Positions 36,975 to 48,143 of a DNA stretch of 64,000 bases are shown here, in pieces. Source of the stretch: Guillardia theta CCMP2712 (lineage: Eukaryota > Protista > Cryptophyta); NCBI RefSeq assembly GCF_000315625.1, contig NW_005434555.1, positions 110,225 to 174,224 on the forward strand, in the 5' to 3' direction. Within the stretch, counting starts at the first letter, position 1. Every line of letters begins with the position of its first letter. A program made the position numbers and the translations under genes. The notes under the pieces are model-generated. The model did no database searches, was not told where the DNA came from, and saw only the letters and a list, made by a program, of their open reading frames with translations.

Positions 36975-39900
36975 TCATTGATCCTCCGACAGCATTTCCA
37001 CCACTTGCATCAGCTTGTCAAGCTTTCCAAGCAGCTCAATGATCGACTGAGTGTGGGAATTCAACGTTGCCTCTTTCTCCGCGAGCTTCTTGGAGAGATC
37101 CGTCACCCTGGTCCTCAGCGCGTCGATTTCCAGCCGGTCGATGCGGAAGTTGAGGTCATCGTAGTTCTGATTGATCTGACGGGACATGTAAGAGAGGGAA
37201 GCACAAGGATGGAAAGATGAGATGAGGGAGGGAGGGAGGGAGGGAGGGAGGGAGGGAGGGAGGGAACGATGGAGCATAGGAGGATGAAAAACTTACCTTC
37301 TTCTCTTGAGACGCGTAAAGGTCCTGCAAGCTCTGGATCTGCGAGGCATCTTGGGAGCTGTTCGGTTGCTGCTTGACATCTTCGATCGTCTTTGACCATT
37401 CTTGCAACTTTGACGGACTTCAGATTCGGCAGAGACAAGAAGCACAACAACATCACCTTGTCAACAGCTCCTTGCAGAGCCTCGAGCGAGGTCTTCACCT
37501 GCGATGTTGCTTCCAGGCTGGTCCGCACGCGCTCCTCGACGATGGTGATCACTTGTCCTTGGCTGCTCTCCTCAAAACTTTTCATCTTGCTGGATAAAAC
37601 CTCCTCCAACTTCGCCTCAAGCTCCCGCAGCTCTTTCTCGATTTCCGCCTTCAACTCGCTCTGTCCTGCCTTGTCGTTGTCTACTGAAGCCTTCAGCTCC
37701 TCAATGCTCTGATTCGTCCTCTCCCCCACTTTGCTGATCTCGGACATGCAGCTCTCTGCAGTCTCAGAAGCTTTCTGCGTCAACGTCTCCATCATCTCTG
37801 TCTTGGCTGCTTGTACCAGCTCCTGGCACTGGTCGCGCGACATCAGCTGTGACATAGACGTTTCCACATCAAGGATCTTCTGCTCCAGCGCTGATGCCGA
37901 TTCTCGAGTCCCGTTTGCAATCGCCTCCTTCTCCTCTATCGCCTTGAGCGCTGCTAACTTGATCTCCTCGTCGCCCTTCTGCCTCGCCTCCTCCTCCGCC
38001 TTGAGCTTCTCCTCCATCTCTGCTCCCTGCTTCGCCATCGCCGCCTCAAGCTCCGTGCGGTCCTTCTGCCTGGCGCTGGCCTCCTGCTCGTCGCCCTTCT
38101 GCCTCGCCTCCTCCTCCGCCTTGAGCTTCTCCTCCATCTCTGCTCCCTGCTTCGCCATCGCCGCCTCAAGCTCCGTGCGGTCCTTCTGCCTGGCACTGGC
38201 CTCCTGCTCGTCGCCCTTCTGCCTCGCCTCCTCCTCGGCCTGAAGGCGGCTGGTGAGGTCGGCGGTCCTGGTATCCAGGTCCTGCCGGATCGAGCTTGCT
38301 TCGGCCTCTCGCTCGCTCTTCTCCTGACCAATCGCTTCTTCCAAGCTTGTCTTCTGCGTGTTGATCAGCAGTAGAACTTCCTCGATCCGTTTCCCCGCGC
38401 TCTCAGTTGATTCTCGAGTCCCGTTCAGAATCGCCTCCTTCTCCTCCAGAGCTTTCTCCATAGCACCCTTTGTGTCGTCATCGCCCTTCTGCCTGGCGCT
38501 GGCCTCCTCCTCGTCGCCCTTCTGCCTAGCCTCCTCCTCCGCCTTGAGCTTCTCCTCCATCTCTGCTCCCTGCTTCGCCATCGCCGCCTCAAGCTCCGTG
38601 CGGCCCTTCTGCCTGGCACTGGCCTCCTCCTCGTCGCCCTTCTGCCTCGCCTCCTCCTCCGCCTTGAGCTTCTCCTCCATCTCTGCTCCCTGCTTCGCCA
38701 TCGCCGCCTCAAGCTCCGTGCGGTCCTTCTGCCTGGCACTGGCCTCCTGCTCGTCGCCCTTCTGCCTCGCCTCCTCCTCCGCCTTGAGCTTCTCCTCCAT
38801 CTCTGCTCCCTGCTTCGCCATCGCCGCCTCAAGCTCCGTGCGGTCCTTCTGCCTGGCACTGGCCTCCTCCTCGTCGCCCTTCTGCCTCGCCTCCTCCTCG
38901 GCCTGAAGGCGGCTGGTGAGGTCGGCGGTTCTGGTATCCAGGTCCTGCCGGATCGAGCTTGCTTCGGCCTCTCGCTCGCTCTTCTCATGGTTCACAGCTT
39001 GTTCTAGCTCAGACCTGACAGCTTGTAACATCGCGCTGGTGTCTGACAGTTTAGCTGCCGCAGAGGTCCCCTCTTGTCTGCGGTTCTCCTCCTCCGCCTT
39101 GAGCTTCTCCTCCATCTCTGCTCCCTGCTTCGCCATCGCCGCCTCAAGCTCTGCACGGTCCTTCTGCCTGGCGCTGGCCTCCTGCTCGTCGCCCTTCTGC
39201 CTCGCCTCCTCCTCCGCCTTGAGCTTCTCCTCCATCTCTGCTCCCTGCTTCGCCATCGCCGCCTCAAGCTCCGTGCGGTCCTTCTGCCTGGCACTGGCCT
39301 CCTGCTCGTCGCCCTTCTGCCTCGCCTCCTCCTCCGCCTTGAGCTTCTCCTCCATCTCTGCTCCCTGCTTCGCCATCGCCGCCTCAAGCTCCGTGCGGTC
39401 CTTCTGCCTGGCACTGGCCTCCTGCTCGTCGCCCTTCTGCCTCGCCTCCTCCTCGGCCTGAAGGCGGCTGGTGAGGTCGGCGGTTCTGGTATCCAGGTCC
39501 TGCCGGATCGAGCTTGTATCAGCATTCCTCTCTTCTTTCTCCTTGCGCACTGCTTCAGCCAATCGTTTCTGGAATCTTTCTTCAATCTCATCTCCCAGAT
39601 CGTGCATTTCATTCTGTATTCCCCTCTGAACGTCATCATTCGATCCTTGGTACTCACTCAGGGTCCCTTTAAGAGCCTGCAGCGAGGACTCTAGCATTTG
39701 GATCTTCTGTTCTAGAGCCTCTACGGATGCCTGTCTCTCATCATTTTCCTTCTTCATTGCTTCTTCATGCTTCTCAAAACGTTGGTTTGTATCATGCTCG
39801 AATGCAGATTGGCTTTCGCTCAACTTGGTATACAGGCCCGACAAATCTGCTTGCAAAACTTCAATCGTTGATTCAAGCTCCCGCTTCATGGCGTTCGATT

Positions 39901-40843
39901 CCTGGGCCATCTTTTCCACATTCTTTTTCAAATGCTTTTGATTTGCCACGTAAATCTTCTTCAGTTTCTCTTCTGTCGTAGTGATGAAAGTTTCGATCGA
40001 CGAGTTGAAAGCATTCAGAGAGTTTGATATGTTCCTGAATTCTGCCCTGGACCTTTGGTCGAGCTTCTCAGTGTTCTGTCTGGTTTCTTTCCGTATAGTT
40101 TCAATATCTCCGGCTGTCTGATCTAGGATTGACTGCAGCAAGTCTTCTTTCCAGGATTTCATGCTTGTTTTGAACGTGGTGGAATCCCTGGAAATCCTCT
40201 CTAGTTGAGCGTTCAAGGCGTTTTGCTTGTCATCAAGATCGTTGTGAATCTGAATAAAGTCCTTGTGCTTGGCCTCAGTCTTGATCGTCAACGAGTCAAT
40301 CTGCATAGCAAGCGACCTCTCGATTGAGCTCTTTACATCCAACGAGTCCTTGCGGCATGCTTGTATCTCAGCAAACATCCTCTTCTCGAACGTGGCCATC
40401 TTCTCATTCAGATCGTAGGTCTTTTCTTTCAAGGTGTTCCTGACCTCACGTACATCAGCCTGCAGCCGACTTGAAGAGCTCTGCTCTGCCATCTGCGCTC
40501 GTCGATTTCCCTCTTTCAATTGTGATATTTCATTCTTCAAAGACATCTTCTCCCTGTTGATCTGCCCCACCTGAGCCTCGAGTTCTCCTATTCTTCCTTT
40601 GAGTTCCACGAGCATACTCAGCCACCCGGGTCCGTCTCTTGACGCTCTTGCGCTCAAAGGGTTCACTCCATCTCCTCCCTCCACGCTCATACTTTCAGGA
40701 GGGATTGGGGGCTTCAAACCCCTGACCCGGATAGGGCTGAGTGGAGGAGACGATGAGGACGAGGATCGGGAGGGAGGAGCCAGGGAGGGTAGGGAGGGAG
40801 GAGGCGACTTGGGATGCATAAATTGCGGTTGCTGCTCCAGCAT
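36975..40843 (-). CDS. Large coiled-coil protein with 40-aa tandem repeats
   Basis: 1242-aa ORF 37115..40843 plus two short terminal exons ending MLSEDQ-stop at 36975. Confidence 0.85.
37965..39515 (-). repeat. Coding 120-bp tandem repeat: 8 full and 2 partial copies in three higher-order blocks
   Basis: Unit EEEARQKGDEQEASARQKDRTELEAAMAKQGAEMEEKLKA; each block is preceded by SSIRQDLDTRTADLTSRLQA. Confidence 0.95.
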
Positions 40844-41565
40844 CGCTACACGACCATGGCAGTTAGAGAGGGTGGTGATAGGACCCCGTTTTGACTACCC
40901 TCTCTTCTGTGGACAAAAACACCCCTCCATCAAAAACATGACCCCCTTTCTCTTGACCACCCCCTAAGTCATGCGCCGGAGGAGTAAAAGAATAGTAGGT
41001 GGGGGTGTACACGAATTGGGGGGTAGAAAAGGAAGAGGGTGCGGGGCTGAGGGGGTAGTTGTACCAAAGTAGTAATACATATGATGGTTTCAAGGGGGTA
41101 GAAATAGGGAAATTGTAGGGGTGGTATTGTGTTGATGGGGTGTCGAAGAAGGGGGTAGTCCGAATGGTTCCAAAAATCATTGTGGTCAATATCCCAAGAA
41201 GTTTCTGTCAGAATTAAGTTAAAAGTTATGAAAATTTAACAAATTTTGGATAAATTTTCCATAATTAGGTTAATTTCTTGATGAAACAACGTGATTTAAG
41301 TCCAACTCAGTTCCGAACCGTCCACCTCTTTACGGTTCAAAGAGGTTTGATCAACTATTTAAGCTAGAACTGAGCTAAAATTAACGCTATAGTGCTTGAA
41401 AGTAGAATTTTTAAGCTAACTTCTCAGCGATTAAGTCTCATCTCTTTTATTTTAGAGCTAAAGTACTTATTTTAAATCAAGTACTCTTATTTTAGATAAG
41501 AAGTCAGCTAATTTTGAAGGATGCCCCGGGGCCCAGACCCTCCCAGTGCCGAACTTTTGAAAACA

Positions 41566-44520
41566 ATGGCGAGGAGACGAATGGCAGGAGGGAGGGAGGG
41601 AACGGAAGGCGATGAATGGTTCAGGGATGGAAAGAGTGACGTGAGGAAGGAAGAATGTTGGAGAGTGATTCTCAAGGAGATGGGCAAGTGCTACAACATT
41701 GATATTTCTGCTTGTTCCAACACATGTTGTGAACAAAGATGAAATTTTAATCCTGATGCTTTTGGAGCAGGAATACGCCTGACATGGCGTCGTCAAAGTG
41801 CCACAGGCTACCGTTCTTGTAGAGAAATCCGATCAGGCACTTTAGAGCTGTGTCGAAATGCTGACTTACCGAGGAGAAATCGTTTTTGTGTTCAATCATT
41901 ATGTTTGCAAGAAGCCAAGGGAAACTGACGGCAAGATGGTATGAGGTTGCAGGCAGCGTCGTGTCCGTGCTGAATTCACCTCCAGGTCGAGAGACGAGAG
42001 TTCTCGGTCATGTTGCGCAACGTGGAATCCCGCGCTGAGGACAAGCAGAAGGGGAAGAGGCCCAACAAGCAGAGTTCTTTCAAGAAGCACCCTCCCCGTG
42101 AAGAGCTCAGGATCTTCTTCTGGGATGACGTGTGTGCTTGTCTTCTGACGTCTTCTCTTCTCATCTTCCGTTGGCAGTGGGCGGATGCTTGCAAGTTTCT
42201 CAAAGTTGGCAACGTCATAGAATGCCGAGGTACGAGCCATGGCGATCACAACAAGATGAACAAATGCACATCTTCTGATGTATTAATGATGACTTGATGA
42301 TGACTTGCTGTGCAGGGTTCCGAAAAGAATCTCCCATGGAAGAGTCTCAGTCGCAGTTGAACCTTGATCCCGCAAGCTTGTTCAAAGACGGAGTCTTTGA
42401 ACTGCATGTGGACAATGCCGACCCGGACACGGGGCGGAGACTCTTCTGCGATAACAACGGATGGGAGGTGGAGATCAATGACAAGACCTTGGATGTACAG
42501 ATCAATGAGAAGGAATGGGAGAGAGTGAGGAGGAAAGTCGGGAAGAAGCAGAAAGACCCAGCTCCTATCGTCTATGCGAAGCTCAATGAACTTGAAAAGT
42601 TCGTGGAAGGCAACTCAAAGAACCCACTGATTGGCAGGCACGAGAACGAAGCTTCCTCCTCCTCTGCAGCTGTAGCTGTTTCTGTCCTCCCTCGTGCTCC
42701 TCACTCACAAGCTTGCCAGAACGCGCCAGCTCAAGAGCCCAATCGACTGAATTTCTACGGGATAGTTGTAGACTACTCTCATCCCAAGAAGACCAAGGGA
42801 CCTGACTTCTGCACTACCCTGACGGTGACACTTCGAGTCCCTTCCTCCTCCTCCTGAGCAGCCGCAGGTTGTGGACGAGACCATGCCGAAGGGCGTGCGC
42901 ATCAACCTGTTCATGGACGAGAAGTCAAGCCCGGTAACTCTCGTCCACCTCGTTTCCAGCTGTGGTGACACGAAGCAAGGTCGTGCGGAGCATAGGAGAC
43001 GTTATCAGGATCCATCGCGTCAAAGTCGTAGAGTTCGATGGCGGGCTGCAGGTGCAACGAGGGCCAGGATGTAACTTCTGCTTGTTCTCCCCGAGCGACT
43101 TCCATGGTAGACTTGCTCTTGCTCAGGGACGACGGCAGCAGTGACGCGTTCGGCAGGCAAGGAGGTTGACTACGACTCTGATGAGGTGGAGGAGGACATC
43201 CAGCCATACCAGTGCCGTACGCACAAGAGCGGAGATACCAAGTTCATCCCCCGGCCGGGAGATCGCAAGTCAGTGATGGAGCTTTCGGCTTGGGGCGAGA
43301 ATTTCCTAGCAACTCTCCCTCCCAACTCAGGCAATCGGATGTGAAGTCTTGCTCCTCGACCTGATAGTAGCGAGAAGACGCAGGTCAGGACGAGTACGTG
43401 AAGAAACTTTGCCACATCACAGACCTCGACAAGCCGTTCGACATCTACTGCTCCTTGAACTCACAGCTCCCGTCCGACAACGGCTGGATGTACTTCAGGG
43501 TTGACCCGCCGCTGCCCTGCTGCGACCGACCTGCTCACATGACCCGGCAGGTGTGGGATGGTTCGGATCTTCCGCTGCAGCAGCTGGAGAACAACCTGAA
43601 CCAGAACCTCAAGAGCGGGGAGGAGGTGAGCGAGCGGATGGAGCTGCTCCAGCATCATCCAGGGCTTCCCTTCGACGGGGCCGTGCCGAGCCTAGGGTCC
43701 TTACTAGTGATCGGGCTTGAGGTCAAGGCCCTGCACAACGAGCTGATCCAGTCTATCAAGTTCCAAGGGAGCGCAAAGAGAGCGAGCGACCGGGAGTGGT
43801 GGTGCAAGATCCGGAACCTGGTAGGGGGCCCGGGCCGCCGGGGACTCAGAGTGTGACTGGAGTGTGTGACGCTGCCGTAGAGACTGCAAGGGGTGGAGGT
43901 CAACGACGGGAACAAGAGGGTCTTGATGGGGATCTTGAGCGACAAGTCCTCTGTCATGACTCTGCCAAGCGTGCACTGGAAGGTGACGAGGCCCTCCCCA
44001 GCTCGTTCCCAGCTGACTTCCCCAGATCTGCAAGCTGAAAGCGGAGTACGACCGACGAGTCTCTCAGGCCGCTGGCCCTAGTGGAGGGGGAGCGGCGGGA
44101 GAGCAAGGGCTGGCCCTCGAGGAGAATGTCGCCGGGCCCTCGCGCCCCAAGAGAGCGAGACGGGGCGAGCAGCCGATAAACATGGCGACCAGCGCATGGT
44201 TCGGCGCAGCTCCTCTCAGCTCCATCGCGCAGGCTCGTCTTCCCTGCTGTGCCTCTCTCCTCTCTCACTCCTCCCTCAGATCCTCCAGGCGGTTAGGGAG
44301 GAACCTTGCGGCAAGTTCCGATGCCGAGTGATGTGCGAAAGCTTCTCCCCGCGGAAGGTGACTGGCCGTTGACGACTCCAGCCTGTGACCAGCTGGTCTT
44401 AGGCCTCCGAGTTTGTTCGGTGGTCACGGCTGGAGCGTCAGTATGTGTGTATCTTCGACATCGCCGTGAAGGACGCGACCGGCTCCCTCCTCGCCACCGT
44501 CGCCTACGAAGACTTCGAGG
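41566..44520 (+). CDS. POT1: POT1/TEBP-alpha telomere single-strand DNA-binding protein with a long N-terminal extension; 3' end lost in the gap
   Basis: OB1: LNFYGIVVDYSHPKKTKGPDFCTTLT/VVDETMPKGVRINLF...VVRSIGDVIRIHRVKVVEFDG. OB2: FDIYC...VWDGS...WWCKIRNL. C-terminal OB: KFRCR...CIFDIAVKDATGSLLATVAYEDF. Confidence 0.85.
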
Positions 44521-44724
44521 CAGACGCTCTCCCCCTTCTCATGCTATCATCATCGTTCTCTTCTCTCCCTCCTCCTATCGTCATCGTTCTCCTCCTCTTC
44601 TTCTCCTTCTCTGTTATCGTCATCATTATCATCATTCTCCTGCTCCTCCTCCTCGATGTTTGCCCTTCCTCCCCCCCCCCCACCCCCCCGCCCCCACCGC
44701 CTCCTCCTCCTCTCTCTCTCTCTC

Positions 44725-44824
44725 NNNNNNNNNNNNNNNNNNNNNNNNNNNNNNNNNNNNNNNNNNNNNNNNNNNNNNNNNNNNNNNNNNNNNNNNNNNN
44801 NNNNNNNNNNNNNNNNNNNNNNNN
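44725..44824. other. Assembly gap (100 N) flanked by CT/GA microsatellites
   Basis: N run; the converging POT1 and kinase genes both lose their 3' parts here. Confidence 0.99.
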
Positions 44825-44905
44825 GGAGGAGGGAGGAGGGAGGAGGGGGAAGAGAGAAGGAGGGAGGAGGGAGGAGGGAGGAGGGAGGAGGGAGGAGGGA
44901 GGATC

Positions 44906-45383
44906 ACTTGGATGGTTGTCTCAGCATCAAGTTGTACAAGTCCCCAGCCGGGCAGAGCTCGACGACCAGGTACAGCATGGTAGCGTCCTGAAAGGAGCCC
45001 GCGGATCGAGCGATGCAGGGATGGTTGAAATGCTGGACTAACTCTCTTTCCATGAGAACGCTCCTGACCTGCTTCAGCCGCACGACCTCCGACTTCGCCA
45101 TGCACTTCACAGCGACGAACACGCCTGACTTCTTGTGCTTGCACAGCTGCACATGCCCGAACAAGCTCACACCTGCTCAGCCGTCACTCGCTCCCTTCCC
45201 AACTTAAGGGCTAAGATCGCCTATGATCTGCTTGAAATCGAAGTGGTTCTTCGACAGTCCCTCCCGCTTCACCTGCTCCTCCACCTGCCACCCCAGCAGG
45301 AACGGCTGCAGGTCGTAGTCGAACATGTCGACGTGCATGACTCGTTTGCTTGCCCCATGCAGCCATGACGTCGCTGCCCCCAT
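44906..45383 (-). CDS. AGC-group (PKA-C/PRKX-like) Ser/Thr kinase, N-terminal part; the rest is in the gap
   Basis: MGAATS (myristoylation consensus), FDFKQIIG/VSLFGHVQL, VAVKCMAKSEVVRLKQV..VLMER, HPCIARSAGSFQDATMLYLVVELCPAGDLY. A 48-nt GC-AG intron lies at 45173-45220. Confidence 0.85.
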
Positions 45384-45788
45384 CACCCCCCGCCCACTGC
45401 CATGCGGCCCGACACGGCAGGGCAACACAAAGTGAACCGGAAGAAACCAGGGAAAAGCGAGAGGGAGGACGGGGGGGGGGGTGGGGGGGGAGGGGAAGAA
45501 GTGGGGGGTAAGGGGGGGGGAAGGGGGGGAAGAGGAAAGCAAGGATGAGGAGGAAAGGAGGGAGGAGAGGAAGATGAGGAGTGTAGGACATGCAGGAGAG
45601 AAGCATAGACAATGGAAAGGGGGGGGGGGAGCAACGGGGTGTAAGGAAGACAAGGAATCGGTGAGAGGAAGGTTTCAGTCACAAGAGTTGGGCTGTTGTG
45701 GTGCTGTTGAGGAGGGACGGATCTTCTCAATACAAGCATGCAAGATAGATACACGTGCGCAAGAACAGGGAGGAGATGAGCGAGAGTT

Positions 45789-46748
45789 TTATTCGACAAC
45801 TTCGTCGTGGTCCGAACTATCATGTACACACCTCTTGGTCCCCGTGCACAGCACCTATAGGCAACAGCATACTTTACAACCCGTTCGAGCATGTCGTCAT
45901 CACGCAACAAGATTCAATGCCCGACCGCTGCAGATCCCTGGCGCTTCTGCCAAGACAAACTCACTGACCGGGATCAACAAGTCACCCGACGCTCACGTGA
46001 TACTCGGCCACGTCCTTGGCATGCCGGATGGCTTCCTTGGTAGCGCGAGCCCTACCGATCCTCTGATGGTCTGCAAGGGGAGTGAGGGCGTGAAGGCGCG
46101 AGGCAGAATCGATGACGTCACCTTCGTCGACCTGCTGTGCGTCGTCTGCCTCTTCCTCCGGCGTACTGGCTGATCCACGCGACTTCTTCTGCTTGTTTGG
46201 AAGCCTGAGCACAAAGTCTTCAGCGTAGGAGGAAGGGGAGGAAGAGGAAGAGGAGGAGGAGGAGGACGAAGGGGGGGAAGGAGGGAGAGGAGCAACAGTT
46301 CCTCACAGGAAGGAAGCGAAAGGATCGCTCATCTTCTTAGGTCCAGACTTTCCCATCTCCTTCTTCCAGAAGCTAGAGACAGCATTTCCAACCACGTAAT
46401 TCGCAAATCCCACACCTTCCACAAACTTCTCAGCGCCCACCTCCCTCTTTTCCAACGCCATTTCCCACCTTCGTGCTTCGCCCCGTATACATTGCTATGC
46501 AGAGAAGGAGGAGCTGCAGGAAGGAGCTCCTGCGCCTCCTTTGCCGATCCTGCAATGGCATGAGCAGAGCGCGAGCGGTCAAGAGCGCGGTCACCCGACA
46601 CCAGCATGGCCGACAGCATGATCACACCCCCAACGGCAACGAGCGCGAAGGTTGCGAGCGCGATGGTGAAGGGAAGACCGTTCACGTAGTGACTCTGCCA
46701 CCTCCCCTTCTTCAACAGTGGCGTGTCGGATCCCTTCGACCGCGCCAT
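45789..46748 (-). CDS. Hypothetical type II single-pass membrane protein
   Basis: MARSKGSDTPLL... with TM FTIALATFALVAVGGVIMLSAMLV; further short exons run to ~45790. Confidence 0.5.
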
Positions 46749-47365
46749 TTCTGCTCGGAAAGCAAACCGTCAAACAGGCAAAAACATCTGTCTGAAATGC
46801 TATGCTACGATTGATGGAGCAAAGCATGTGCAAATGAAACAAAGGGAGAAATGCGGAAGCGAATCGTTGAAACACAAGCGCATTAGAAGTGTGATCCCGA
46901 CCTTCCAATCTCTTGTGATCTCTTCGCTTCTCTTCAAACAGCTTGTCTGATCATCTCTTTTGATATGCTTTCGCTCATCTCTCCTATCTCGTCTGCCTCG
47001 TCTTCTCTGCCTCCTCCAGCTCTCTCCATCTTCACCTTCTCCCTCCTCCTCTCCCCTTCTACTCCTCTCCTTCTCCTCCTCTCCTTCTCCTCCTCTCCTC
47101 AGCCTCATTTGTTTCCTCCCCTGTCTCTTACGCCATCGTAACGTCACCCCCTGCCACACCACCCTCTTACCCTCCTTGCCCCCACCCCCATCTTTCATGG
47201 GGAACCCCTATATTATCCTGCGTTTGCTCGACAAAATAACCCACCCCTTTGTCTGATTTTATCACCCCTACCTGCCCCCAAGCCCTTAGGGAGTGCATCT
47301 GAGGCAGACCCTCCTGTCGTCTTCCCTTGTCTCCTTCACTGGGCTACGCACAAGAACCCGCGCAT

Positions 47366-47479
47366 ACATCTATGTTCCTGACTTTGTTCCTGACATTTAT
47401 GTTCCTGACATCTATGTTCCTGACATCTTTGTTCACGACATCTTTGTTCCTGACATCTTTGTTCCTGACATCTTTGTTC
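47366..47479. repeat. 15-bp minisatellite (ACATCTWTGTTCCTG), ~7-8 copies
   Basis: Directly visible; explains the FVPDI repeat ORF. Confidence 0.9.
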
Positions 47480-48143
47480 TATTTCGGATATCTCTCCCCT
47501 CACTCCCTCTGCGCCCTATCCCGCCTACTTCTGTTGTCATTCCTTCCCCTCTCCCCCCTTCCTTCTCTTCATTTTCAGCTTCATCCTTCCCTTCAAATAC
47601 CTTCATCAATCAATCCTTCCAACATCTTCCTTGATCTATCCGATCCTTCACCTTCACCCTCTGCTTTTAACTTCCTCCTCTTCGATTTTTTCATGCTCTG
47701 TCCTGATATGCACCTCGCGCTGTCCTCGCCTGCGTTCTTTCTTGTCCCTGCTCGAGCCATACTCTTGCTCATTTACTATGATCTAATTGTTGGGGTTTCG
47801 CCCTATGATTCGCCCAAATCTTGCAACCTATCTAGCTGAAGTCAACACACTTGCTAAGCTGATCGGAATACAGGTCAGTTTTGAGCGAACTGACAGTGTC
47901 TGTTCAGTTCGAACCTTCTCATGTCTTCAACCCATGCATCAGCCAGTCATTTTGCATTCAATTCAATTCAAAATAGCACGACGGAGTCTTCCGACTTCAG
48001 GTGCCACGACAGTCGGGCGGGTGTGAACGAGGAAGCTTCGCTTCAATACAGTTGACATGTATTAAGGCAAGAATGAGGTACTATTGCTCGCTTGTGATGG
48101 GCTCTATTCATGTCGAAGGAATGTACAGCAAAGAAACGTCTGA

